Shown here: positions 49,827-60,090 of the stretch, one piece after another | How the letters are laid out: each line of letters starts with the position of its first letter | How positions within the stretch are numbered: the first letter of the stretch is position 1 | Virus record (IMG/VR): IMGVR_UViG_3300050120_000152 | Coordinates: 62,001-126,000 of that record | Direction: 5' to 3' (one strand) | Length of the DNA: 64,000 nt | Notes under the pieces: model-generated | The model's input: only the letters and a program-made list of their open reading frames with translations | The model's database searches: none | Told to the model about the DNA's origin: nothing | Program-made: the position numbers and the translations under genes

Positions 49827-49906
49827 ACCGCTGTTGGGCAATGGAGGCCCGCCAGAATACGAATCTGGTATAACACATGTTGGTTCGAATCCAATCAGCG
49901 GTGCCA
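49827..49906 (+). tRNA. tRNA-Arg(ACG)
   Basis: ACCGCTG/CAGCGGT acceptor; CCAGA-ATACGAA-TCTGG; CCA. Confidence 0.85.
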
Positions 49907-49909
49907 CTT

Positions 49910-49935
49910 AAAAAGCTCTCAATTGAGAGCTTTTT
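49910..49935 (+). terminator. Terminator after the tRNA cluster
   Basis: aaaaagctctc-aatt-gagagcttttt. Confidence 0.85.
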
Positions 49936-50266
49936 GTTTAGCCCAATATTCGTTTGGTGGTTTTTATTCCACATTTTTAAATAAATTTTACGTAAATCTA
50001 AACACGGATTTATATTTGCAATTCATTATAGCTCCTGCTATAATGATCACATGAATAATAACACACAAAAATTACTTGAACGGGATGCAAAACGCTATCG
50101 AGCGTTGATGAGGCATTTTAAGCATGATCATATCTGGTACGACGTCATGGGTTCGCCTGAAGGTATGGGTAGAAGTGTGAATGAAGTATTAGACAATTTA
50201 GTTAATGATCCTAAAACTTATTATGTCTATGATTATAGTTATACAATTAATTAAAGGTAATTTCTT

Positions 50267-50515
50267 ATGTCCACATCATCTAACGATATTTCACAATGGT
50301 TCGATCATGGATGCAACACAAAAGCCACCCATTTGATTGTTGTATGCGATACCTATGATTGGGATGATTACCCAGTTTATGTAAAGTCGAGTGAAAACGT
50401 CCGCGAAGTGTTTGAACATTATTCTGATAAAAACATGCAGCGCGTAATGGAAGTCTATAATCTAAAAGAAGATAAAGAGACGCAGCTACAACAAACACGA
50501 TCATTTAATTTTTGA
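50267..50515 (+). CDS. Conserved-looking small phage protein
   Basis: ATHLIVVCDTYDWDDYPVYV...MQRVMEVYNL. Confidence 0.65.
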   Translation: MSTSSNDISQWFDHGCNTKATHLIVVCDTYDWDDYPVYVKSSENVREVFEHYSDKNMQRVMEVYNLKEDKETQLQQTRSFNF

Positions 50516-50524
50516 GGTATTATT

Positions 50525-50971
50525 ATGACTACGCTTAAAGCACAAATTATGGCAGAACGTATTACGGCATTGAAGGCCAAGGATTCTGCGCGCACACAAA
50601 TTGTAAGCTCTATTCTTGCTGCTATCAAACAGGTTGAAGTAGATACTCGTGTTGAACAGGATGATACTGGTGTGTTGACTGTACTTAATCGAATGGTCAA
50701 ACAGCGCTTAGATTCCATCTCACAATTTAATGCTGCTGGCCGTACAGATTTGTCAGAAATTGAAGAGAAAGAATTAGTCGTTATTAAAGAGTTCATGCCA
50801 CAACAAGCTTCCGAATCTGAAATTGATACTATTATTTCTGATGCATTGGCCTCAGTTGGTTCAACGTCTGTTAAGGATATGGGAAAGATCATGGCTATCG
50901 TTAAGCCTCAGTTACTTGGCAAAGCTGACATGGCTAAGGTCTCCCAATCTATTAAGAGTAAGCTTTCATGA
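50525..50971 (+). CDS. yqeY: GatB/YqeY domain protein
   Basis: ALKAKD, KQRLDSISQF.AAGRTDL..E..E, PQQ, KDMGKIM, GKADM. Confidence 0.92.
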   Translation: MTTLKAQIMAERITALKAKDSARTQIVSSILAAIKQVEVDTRVEQDDTGVLTVLNRMVKQRLDSISQFNAAGRTDLSEIEEKELVVIKEFMPQQASESEIDTIISDALASVGSTSVKDMGKIMAIVKPQLLGKADMAKVSQSIKSKLS

Positions 50972-52140
50972 GTAAAGATATTTTTGAAACACATTATCCA
51001 GCATTACGTAATATTATATTGCATGGATTATTATATGAACAGCTTAAATATGCTATTCGTAGATCGGTAATCATTATCATGATGGATGCTGTCCAACGCT
51101 CGTCACCTTCTTATACTGATCCACAAACCTTTACTGATGCTTATTGTGTTGTGGCCGGTGAATGTGTAGATAAATTGGTTCTTGATAGTCTTGAAATTAT
51201 TATGAATTCGGTAGGGAATGGAACTTTACGGGATGGTATCTACAGTATGATTGGACATGTTAATACGGTCAGCTATCATGCAGGCCAATCGTTTGCTAAA
51301 ACTGGAAAGGTATCATGAATAAATTATTTAAATTGCTTTTGGTGGCAATTGTTATTTCATTATTAAGTGTAGGATATGCCTTCATGATGGGGTTTTCTTG
51401 GGGTACACCGGCCTTTGGTGAGTGTGTATCGAGTAGCTTTGGTACGGGAATTGTAATTGTAATATTAGCAACTATATTTTTTGATATAAATTTTGATAAC
51501 TAATAGAGAGAATTTTATGACATGTAAATGTGGTTCATCATTAATCATAAATTTTCAAGCAAAGTGCGGTGACTTATCACGAACCTGTTATAAAAGTTAT
51601 AACACGGATGGTTACGTCCCACGCGGTTTAAGCATTGGTGGCGGTGACTATATTGATTTTGATTTTTGCGCAGCGTGCGGGCTAATCCAGCATTTTGCTG
51701 CCATTGAAGAGACTGAATTGGAGTTAATTCTTTCATGAATCTTGATCCATTCACTTTTGGTGATTCTGCTCCTGCTATATGGTTAGCAGATAAACTCAAT
51801 GAAGCCAATAATACAAAATGTACCCGATCCATATCTGCATTTTTAGGCACGGCTAATCGTACCATCAATGCTATTGCTACTATTGAAGACCCCGAATCTA
51901 GAATCACTTTAGCAAGCTTGTTTCGTCATGATATTCATTCTCGTTTGAAAGCGAGTACATCTATTCCAGAATATTTTAAAAGTCGTGTAAGCAACATTTT
52001 GATTACGAAAATTGTCATTCTTATTAGAGATACTAATGAAATGGAAAAATTTAAGCGAGCATGTGAAACGAATCGTCTTTGATATACGATTGACAAGAGT
52101 TGTAATGTATTGTATGCTCTAATCAAACGAGGATCATACC

Positions 52141-52761
52141 ATGCTTTCCAACATTGAAAAAACCCGTATTGCACTCTATCATTGGATGCTTGGAAAAGGC
52201 TTTTTCATTGCTTCCGAAGCCATGGCTTATGCTGAAAACACACATGTAGGTTTCCGTAAGGATGGTGTCACGCCAGCTTTTGCTCACCAGATTTGGATTG
52301 CTAATCGTATCCGTACATTCAATCTTCCCGATGATGTAATGGAACTCTGCCTCATTTTGGCGTTCTTACATGATACTGCTGAAGATTATGATGTAGGTTT
52401 TGAAGAATTTAATGCAAAGTATGGTGCTGTTGTTGCTGATGGTGTTCGTCGTTTGACGAAAAAGCATCGCGGGATGGTTATCCCAAAAGAAACTTATTTC
52501 AGTGATTTGGCACTCATGGCGGCTGCAGCTATCGTAAAAGGTGTAGATCGTTTGCATAACCTTTCTACGATGATTGGAGTGTTCAATCCTGCGAAACAGA
52601 TGGATTATATTGCAGAAACTATGTTGTTCCATTTGCCTATGCTTAAGAAAGCTCGAAAAAGCTTCCCTATGTATTGGCAGGCTTTTGAAAGCATCAAACA
52701 GGCTATCAATGATAAAATGGAAATGGTCAATATGATTCTTAAACTTGAGGCAAAATCATGA
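52141..52761 (+). CDS. HD-domain (p)ppGpp hydrolase (small alarmone hydrolase-like)
   Basis: H.G.RKDG.TP...H, LHDTAED, LTK, VKGVDRLHNL, YIAET. Confidence 0.85.
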   Translation: MLSNIEKTRIALYHWMLGKGFFIASEAMAYAENTHVGFRKDGVTPAFAHQIWIANRIRTFNLPDDVMELCLILAFLHDTAEDYDVGFEEFNAKYGAVVADGVRRLTKKHRGMVIPKETYFSDLALMAAAAIVKGVDRLHNLSTMIGVFNPAKQMDYIAETMLFHLPMLKKARKSFPMYWQAFESIKQAINDKMEMVNMILKLEAKS

Positions 52762-53256
52762 AATTTATTGTACCTGTTTACATGGGTGATGATTGTACAT
52801 GGTCAACTACAGAATATGTGGCTTTTGAATGCAATTCTAAAGAAGAATTATATGTCTCATTGGTAGATGTTATTATCAAAAGTATTGACACCGATCTAGT
52901 CTACACTATAGTAACTGTATGTGGGTCAAAAATTGACGTGCGTTGGTTTACCTATATTGATGATAATGAAAAATTAACATATAATGAACCTAATATTATG
53001 ACATTAGATGAATGGTTCACGCACCAAACTAAATTGGATTGGTGTTAATATGATCATTTTAACCGTAAACGGTAAGTATCGTCCCGGTGAAGACGAAGTA
53101 TTAGATGAAGAAATTCAGCCAATATTCAACTTTAGTCGGGATAATTATATCCCTTCACGAACAGAACTATTCGATAATACAAATGGTTGACAATAATCAA
53201 ATGTACTAGTAATATATACGAACACTAACATCACCAACACATTAAGGAATCACATC

Positions 53257-53550
53257 ATGCATAATACATTCAAGTTTGCTCATCTCGGTGACCCACTCTT
53301 TGGTCGTCGTACCATCGGTTATCGGATTAATGACACTGATAATACTGTTGATTTTGCAGTAGCACAGTGCCGTACCAATGATCAGTTTTGTAAGGCCACA
53401 GGCCGTAAGATTGTAGAAGGTCGCATCCTCAAGGGTGGGAACCATGCTAATACAGGTTTGCCACGCTCTTATTCTATCAATTTGGCAGATATCAAAAATG
53501 GTAGCACCAAATATCGTGATATCATCGCATATATTGATGCAAATTTTTAA
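53257..53550 (+). CDS. Hypothetical phage protein
   Basis: AVAQC..NDQFCKATGRKI; early promoter upstream. Confidence 0.6.
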   Translation: MHNTFKFAHLGDPLFGRRTIGYRINDTDNTVDFAVAQCRTNDQFCKATGRKIVEGRILKGGNHANTGLPRSYSINLADIKNGSTKYRDIIAYIDANF

Positions 53551-54025
53551 CTGCAAATAATTACAAGCTATACTTTACCAAAATAGGATAGCAATATCCT
53601 ATTTTCTTTTTGGAGAAATATTATGGAACAGACATATGCACAATGGGTAGAGGAAAATTTCGCATCAGTATGCGGACTGTATGAAATAACACATTCATAC
53701 GGATCATGGACTAATTACCGTAAATCTTTCAACCAAGTTGATAATATTAATAATTTAGTGATTCATCATGAGTGGAGCATGGGCGGAACCTACGGTAATT
53801 GTTATGATGACAATAAATCAACTGTAGAAGGTGAAATCCAGCCAGAATTTACAGATTTGGATATAGTGATTGAGCTGTTAAATCCAAACCTCACATTCAT
53901 GCAATATAGAAGAAAAGTGATTCCCCTAATTAAAACTACTATTCAAAGTCGTGGCGATTATTATGGTGGCGAGACTTCAACTGGTATTGAATATATAATG
54001 CTTAAAGATTTATGGGATGCATTAG

Positions 54026-54433
54026 ATGAATTATAAAGTCATATTGATAGTAGGTTTGCCGGGTAGTGGGAAAACTACCTTGGCAACGTCTATGCTCAAT
54101 TCTGACACATTCCTGATTGATGACCCTAGCAGAGACACGTCTTTGTTCACCAAAGCCTTAGAGAGCGGCAAATCAACTATTATAATATGTGATCCATTAT
54201 TAATAGTTACCAAAGCAGAAAATGTAATAACTTTCATGCAGAAGAAGTTTGGTAGTGATGTTGACATTCAATGGATTTACTTCGATAATGATCCTGTTCA
54301 AACATGGAAAAATCATGAGCAGCGTAATAAACATGATTATCGGTTATTGGATAAAAACAAATTTAATGATATGTCAAAGAAATATGCTATTCCTGAGAAT
54401 GTAACTCCTATTTCTGTTTATAAAGGTAGATAG
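54026..54433 (+). CDS. P-loop nucleotide kinase-like protein
   Basis: IVGLPGSGKTT, IDD. Confidence 0.75.
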   Translation: MNYKVILIVGLPGSGKTTLATSMLNSDTFLIDDPSRDTSLFTKALESGKSTIIICDPLLIVTKAENVITFMQKKFGSDVDIQWIYFDNDPVQTWKNHEQRNKHDYRLLDKNKFNDMSKKYAIPENVTPISVYKGR

Positions 54434-54751
54434 TCATGTTGATGCCGTTTGAAATTGTACTTCATAATATTGTTAGTGTTACAGACGATAGTAGCAAGCG
54501 ATATAAGCAGATAGGTAAAATCACTTTCATTGATGATAAGCTTGGATTTCGTCGTAGTTATACTTATTTTGATATTTCAGTGAAATTTGATGATTCAGTT
54601 AATGATGAAATCTTCAAATCATGGAATTTGAAACTTAATCAACCCTGAATTACATAACATATAACATTGACAAATTAATTACATCATGTAATATGTGATA
54701 TGTTGTCCGGGTGGACACATTGAATACCATAAAACATTACAGGAAAATTTT

Positions 54752-54994
54752 ATGACAGACTCAACCGTAGAAAAGAAGCAACGTGGGGCAAAGCGCAATC
54801 CCAATAGCGCAATCAGCAAAACATATGAGATTATCAAAAATCTCCCGGTCGCTGAACGTACTCGCTCTAATGTGTTAAGCCTTATTGGGGTTGGCACAAC
54901 CATCAATTTGCAAGAAAAGGTTGCTAGTGTATATTATTACAACACAATGAAGAAGATTCGTAATGAAGCTGCAACGTCAACTGTAACCGCATAA
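54752..54994 (+). CDS. Small basic protein directly upstream of the rRNA-like RNA
   Basis: AGGA RBS before MTDSTVEKKQRGAKR; early promoter at about 54667. Confidence 0.6.
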   Translation: MTDSTVEKKQRGAKRNPNSAISKTYEIIKNLPVAERTRSNVLSLIGVGTTINLQEKVASVYYYNTMKKIRNEAATSTVTA

Positions 54995-55012
54995 AAGTCT
55001 TGAGAGGGCGGA

Positions 55013-55267
55013 TGAAGGTCGTAGGCTTAGAAGCAGCCATCATAAGAGTGAGACAAAGGCCAAATGCTATCATGTAGATAAGTCGAAGGGTATCGTTAAC
55101 TTATCGAAATTTCAAAAACTGCCAATATCCATAATACGCTATTATGGTTTAGAGCAATGGGATGGCTTCCCTGAGAAAAAGACGCATTGGACACCACTTG
55201 GTAAAGTAATGATGCACCCCAGAAATGGTAAGGCAGATTTTCTCTTTAGCGTAATAGCACACCTTCA
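55013..55267 (+). ncRNA. Structured RNA mimicking the 23S rRNA uL11-binding domain (H43-H44) with a large insertion
   Basis: GTAGGCTTAGAAGCAGCCATC (55021-55041) and AGCGTAATAGCACAC (55248-55262), closed by TGAAGG/CCTTCA. Confidence 0.8.
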
Positions 55268-55331
55268 ACAATCTTATGATTAAATAAATCTATTGACAAA
55301 TGATATAAATAGTATATCATATGATTATTAT

Positions 55332-55403
55332 GGCCTATTCGGCGAATCCGAACTGAAGTCTTCGAAACTTTATGGAAGTGTTTGACTCACTTATGGGCCT
55401 CCA
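55332..55403 (+). tRNA. tRNA-Arg(TCG), atypical D-arm and T-loop
   Basis: GGCCTAT/ATGGGCC acceptor; AAGT-CTTCGAA-ACTT; T-loop TTTGACT; CCA. Confidence 0.7.
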
Positions 55404-55411
55404 AATTATAT

Positions 55412-55492
55412 GGCCTCGTAACGAGCAAGGTTTCTACCCTTGACAATCGTAATTGGATGTAAATGGGGGTTCGAATCCCTCCGGGGCCACCA
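55412..55492 (+). tRNA. D-armless tRNA-like RNA, anticodon TCT (Arg)
   Basis: GGCCTCG/CGGGGCC acceptor; 7-nt connector instead of a D-arm; CAAGG-TTTCTAC-CCTTG; long extra arm; canonical T-arm; CCA. Confidence 0.65.
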
Positions 55493-55513
55493 TTTAACTA
55501 AATACTAGTTAAA

Positions 55514-56209
55514 ATGATCATTATGAAAATACAATACTTAATTGAAGATTTAGTAAACGCTGACATTGCCAGAAAGAGATTCAACGGCACGCTCAAGCGT
55601 AAAGATACTGGTTACGCTTTAAGTGGAAAACAATTAAGTAATGGCTCTCAAGCATCTGTAAAAGCTGATCCTAATGACCCTCATATGATCAAGAAACATA
55701 ATACCAAAGTATATCCCGAAAAGTCTATAATACAAGGCTTTAAGCCAACCAGAGCTAATGACGGATTCAATGATTATATTGAATATCTTATCAATAATAA
55801 TCTCACTGATAATATCCATTTTCCCAAAGTATATAATGTAAAAACTATCATAGATAAGAATGGTGATAAAATCCATACTTATACCATGGAAAGATTGATA
55901 GAAACTGACACATTAACGGTAGAACAGATCGAAGCTTTTCTTGAAAATAATTTATCAGAAAAATGGCAAGACTCCGTAAAATGGACAAGTCATCCTATTG
56001 AATATGTAGTTAGATTAATTACAAATTGTATACAAGGGACTAGAGATATGGATGAAATTTTTACGAATAAAGAATTAATTTCTGCAATCTCAATCATAAA
56101 ACAAATTAAAAATACTATATCTGCTCAAATTGACCTTTCAGTGCATAATATTATGTGGCGCAGAACACCATATGGAATGATTTTGGTATTCACTGACCCA
56201 TTTTTTTGA
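55514..56209 (+). CDS. Protein-kinase-like protein
   Basis: HFPKVY, YTMERL, DLSVHNIM, VFTDP. Confidence 0.65.
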   Translation: MIIMKIQYLIEDLVNADIARKRFNGTLKRKDTGYALSGKQLSNGSQASVKADPNDPHMIKKHNTKVYPEKSIIQGFKPTRANDGFNDYIEYLINNNLTDNIHFPKVYNVKTIIDKNGDKIHTYTMERLIETDTLTVEQIEAFLENNLSEKWQDSVKWTSHPIEYVVRLITNCIQGTRDMDEIFTNKELISAISIIKQIKNTISAQIDLSVHNIMWRRTPYGMILVFTDPFF

Positions 56210-56259
56210 GCTTGACATAGAAACTTCCATGAATTATACTATCCAATAAATGTTAGGGT

Positions 56260-56655
56260 ATGTTCATGGAAAAAATTATTTCTATATCAGAAGATGGATT
56301 TTCTATTAAAGGAGATTATTATGATTATGACGGCTACGTTATTGTAACTTCTGAACAAATTATTAAAGTAGGTATTTCCAACATATCAAATTGTTGTGAG
56401 AACTGGTCGGTTAAGTATACCACAGATGATGTTCCAGATAATTTAGAAAAATTTATAGGTACAGAATTATATAATATCATAGAGTGTGATGATCCTCTGG
56501 AATACAATAGTTATGATGAAGGTGGATCAATAGCCATTGATCTTCAGACTTCGAAAGGATCATTGAAACTAATATTAAGTAATAGTCACAATGGTTATTA
56601 TTCACATTCATACTTTATAGAATCTAATCAATTTAAACAAGAAGGAAGATTATAA
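56260..56655 (+). CDS. Hypothetical phage protein
   Basis: CCE...TSKG...NSHNGYYSH motif. Confidence 0.65.
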   Translation: MFMEKIISISEDGFSIKGDYYDYDGYVIVTSEQIIKVGISNISNCCENWSVKYTTDDVPDNLEKFIGTELYNIIECDDPLEYNSYDEGGSIAIDLQTSKGSLKLILSNSHNGYYSHSYFIESNQFKQEGRL

Positions 56656-57730
56656 TGGGATATTTTATTGATGACGATGGGTTGAACAAAGCTTGCACCC
56701 ATCCCGAACACAATCCACCATCCATGCTTTATGTTCCCTATGGGAAAGTTTATATCCATGAATGTCCTCAGTGCGGTAGCTGCACTAGACTTCAATCATC
56801 TGATGTGACGATGTAATCTTATGAGTCCTTTTTATGATGCCGTGTATGCGCTATTCTTGGCAATGGCTGTTTTGGTATGTGCCGCATTCACTTTCAAGTG
56901 TGGTATGATGATTCATGATGCTGGATTGACATATTCAACCATAATAGGTATGATAGGTTTCTCAGTCAATGGCATCATTACCGCTGTCATGCTCTGGTAT
57001 CATATCAAAACTGGTAACAATAACCTGTATTAGGAATATGTATGACATATACAATAGATGACCTTTGGCAAGCAGTTTATGTCTTCATCCCATCTTTTAA
57101 GAAGGCGCGAGAAGCTGGCGTAAACATGAATCTGCCTTCATCACTGAATAGTGCAATCATTGCATGGTCAGCATTGCGTTTTGCTTGTGATAAGGATGGA
57201 GCATTACCAAATACCCTATTCATTAACGCAGCAAATGTATTGCATACTGCCCATAACGATTTGCACACCCATAGTCAACTTATGCCATCGGATAATAATT
57301 ATGCAGATGTTTAATTGGAAGAAACATCCTGAGAATATTCCTTCGTATAAAGAGCAAATTTTAAAACTGTGTAATGATGATAATAATGTAGACTTAGATA
57401 CGCTTTTTGGAATTTATCTAGGTTATCCACGTTGTTGCATTGAATCACTTGCTGCTGGACATTGGGCAAAGGCTGGTTTACCATGCACTGGTACAGGATA
57501 CGTTCCATGTTTTGAATGCCGTAAAAAACCTGAAGAAGAATTGCTTGATTACATTGAAAAATACAGATTATGTGACTTGCCATTTCCCGAATGTGATGAT
57601 ATCATGGGTCACCAACATTTCACCGATATGGTTTTGTACGGTGATCTTATAAATATTGCTACTTACTAAAAATATTTAGAATTATAAATACTTGATATAA
57701 TGATGTAAAGCTGTATACTAGGCACACAAC

Positions 57731-57817
57731 GGATCGGTAGCAGAATTGGTTAAATGCACTCGACTCATAATCGAGCGGAGAAATCCACTGAAGGTTCAAG
57801 TCCTTCTCGATCCACCA
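57731..57817 (+). tRNA. tRNA with CAT anticodon (Met or Ile2), long variable arm
   Basis: GGATCGG/TCGATCC acceptor; CTCGA-CTCATAA-TCGAG; GGA-GAAA-TCC extra arm; CCA. Confidence 0.85.
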
Positions 57818-57831
57818 TTTTTAAATAAAAT

Positions 57832-57981
57832 GGGACGTTAGCTCAATTGGTTAGAGCGATGACCTCTCCGGGAGAGTTTTAAGACTCTCCAATCTAACAG
57901 ATTTTTATAGTCTGTTACTTTGGGTAGTTTTCCCTAAAGATAAGTCATGGGTTGCTGGTTCAAGTCCAGCACGTCCCACCA
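57832..57981 (+). tRNA. tRNA gene interrupted by a 73-nt structured insert in the anticodon loop (Ile-GAT, CAT or Lys-CTT depending on the junction)
   Basis: Perfect acceptor, D and T arms; anticodon stem ATGAC/GTCAT encloses 80 nt. Confidence 0.85.
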
Positions 57982-59005
57982 TTCAAGAGAATAATCATGG
58001 ATTACAATTATAATCATGCTACTGAGAAAAAGTGTGCATGGTGTGATAAAATTGCTCCACGAACTGAATCATTTTGGCAATTTGCCGCTAATCTTCCTTT
58101 TCATTATGTCTGTAGTAACCAATGCGCTACAGACTTGAAGGATTATTTTGCTGCTCAAAAAGAGCTTAAAGAAGCAAAGAAAAAGTCTTGACAATCCATT
58201 ATATGGGTGTATAATTATCCAATGAAAACTCAAACCGACTACCAGAAATTTATCAAAGTGCTATATGAAGCATACGATGCTTCTTTAGAAGTAGATAATT
58301 TTGATCTTGATTCGTCAACGGCCAACAGCAAACAGGTATGGAATAGTTTGGTTAAACAACAGGCCCGAGCTTTTAATAAAATGTGTAATATGGCTAAAAA
58401 TAGCCCAATAGCAATACCACCTACACCCATTGGATTTTAATATGTCTAAAACATCAATAACCGGCATCTTTATTGGTGGCCCACATGCATGTGCAACCGT
58501 ATATGACATGGCTCATGTAGAAGTTGTTATCAAGGCATTATGTGAAGTCACTGGCGATGATCAGGATGATTATACGGCAACAGATTTGGATAACCCACAA
58601 GCTTTTAAATTTGACTTCAAAGCGTTCCTTGATCCGGTTTGGGTTAAGGCGAACGAAACCTTTAAAGAAGCTGACAAAGCCTTCAAAGCCGCAGAAAAGG
58701 CACTGGATGATGCTTTTGATTCAGCATTTGCATGGAAAAGCCACGATGACTAAGCAGCGGCGCAGCATTATCGAAGAATTTATGCTATCCAATGAATGGA
58801 TAGCTGCCGGACATTTGGAAAAAATGCATACTCGACAGCTTCTTTCTATAAAAAATAGCTTATTTATTTACTATGGTGGACGACATGATCTAACTGAACC
58901 ACTTTATGATAAAGTAAAAGCAATCCTTTCTACACGGGAGCATATCCCATCCAAAAAAGAGGCGAAAGAAATTCGCCAAGCTAAGGCTAAACAAGGACAC
59001 TAATT

Positions 59006-59404
59006 GTGAAAAATCCAACAGTCAAAGGCTTCATATCAGGACATTTCAATAAGCAGCAAGTTTATGATTTTGTTCGTGATAAACTTATTGCTCAAGAACG
59101 TGGTAGTGTGAACATCAACTATAGAGGATGTGCCTATCGTGGAGTAGATGGAGCGAAATGTGCAGTAGGTTGGCTTATTCCAGATAGGCAATATAATAAA
59201 GATATGGAAGGTGATGTTGACAATCTATTTAATTATTATAATATTGATACGCATTCAAACAAATCGACCGTCGATAAGTACGAGTTTTTAACTCGTCTAC
59301 AATCTGTGCATGATGCAATTGCTCATTTGGAGGGAAAAGCCTTCGTTAATTGTATTAAACCACGTTTAACCAGATTTGCATTAAAAAATGGTCTTAAGCC
59401 ATGA
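59006..59404 (+). CDS. Hypothetical phage protein
   Basis: CAYRG.DG.KCAVGWLIPD...LQSVHD. Confidence 0.65.
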   Translation: MKNPTVKGFISGHFNKQQVYDFVRDKLIAQERGSVNINYRGCAYRGVDGAKCAVGWLIPDRQYNKDMEGDVDNLFNYYNIDTHSNKSTVDKYEFLTRLQSVHDAIAHLEGKAFVNCIKPRLTRFALKNGLKP

Positions 59405-59724
59405 ATGATTTTTATGTAGGCACATCTGATATTGCCGGATTTGGTTGCTTCACCCGACGACCAGTTAAAGCCATGGAAAAATTTACCTTTTCTGTAGTAC
59501 CAATCCCCCGGACAACTCAGAGTCATCACAAATACCCATTTGATTCGACCCGCTCATGCATTATATTATCAGAATTTAGCTACTGCAATCATTCAAAATC
59601 TCCAAATGTTGAACCGATATCAATGGATATTACAAACATGGAAATCACGTTTGTATGTTTGAAGGATATCCAGCCATATTCTGAGTTAACATTTGATTAT
59701 GGTGATGGCAACGTATATCCTTAA
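59401..59724 (+). CDS. SET-domain lysine methyltransferase
   Basis: S.IAGFGCF, CNHSKSPN, KDI...ELTFDYG. Confidence 0.85.
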   Translation: MNDFYVGTSDIAGFGCFTRRPVKAMEKFTFSVVPIPRTTQSHHKYPFDSTRSCIILSEFSYCNHSKSPNVEPISMDITNMEITFVCLKDIQPYSELTFDYGDGNVYP

Positions 59725-60090
59725 CCGTAGTTAACTATTGACTTGGGAACAGTATAGCATTTATACTGTTCCCGTTTTAGTATATAACACAAGGAATTAT
59801 ATGGAAACTACGTATACTGTTGAATTTATATCATTTATTAACGGCGTAAGTCATTACACTACTCTAATAGATTGTACGAAGACTGAAGCCGATATGATTC
59901 AAAATAAAGCCGCTCGTGCGTTGGCAAACGAAGATGCTTTAGAAATTGCATTGGATGGAGAATTTTTGATTTTCCCATATCATATTCTATCACAAACAAT
60001 CATTAAGATAATAAAAACCGAAGAATAACTATTGCATTACATGCAACAGTAAGCTATACTAGTCAAATCTAACAACACTGAGAATGTATC

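Noticed and set aside
55013-55267. Genuine 23S rRNA gene or host contamination
   Set aside because: Only the H43-H44 motifs match, split by unrelated sequence and closed by a private helix; the flanks are phage genes and tRNAs
57864-57943. Group I intron in the tRNA
   Set aside because: 73 nt is too short, and no P3-P7 catalytic core is recognisable
57952-57996. 5' extension of ORF 57952..58191
   Set aside because: Overlaps the tRNA 3' half; the real start is probably ATG at 57997
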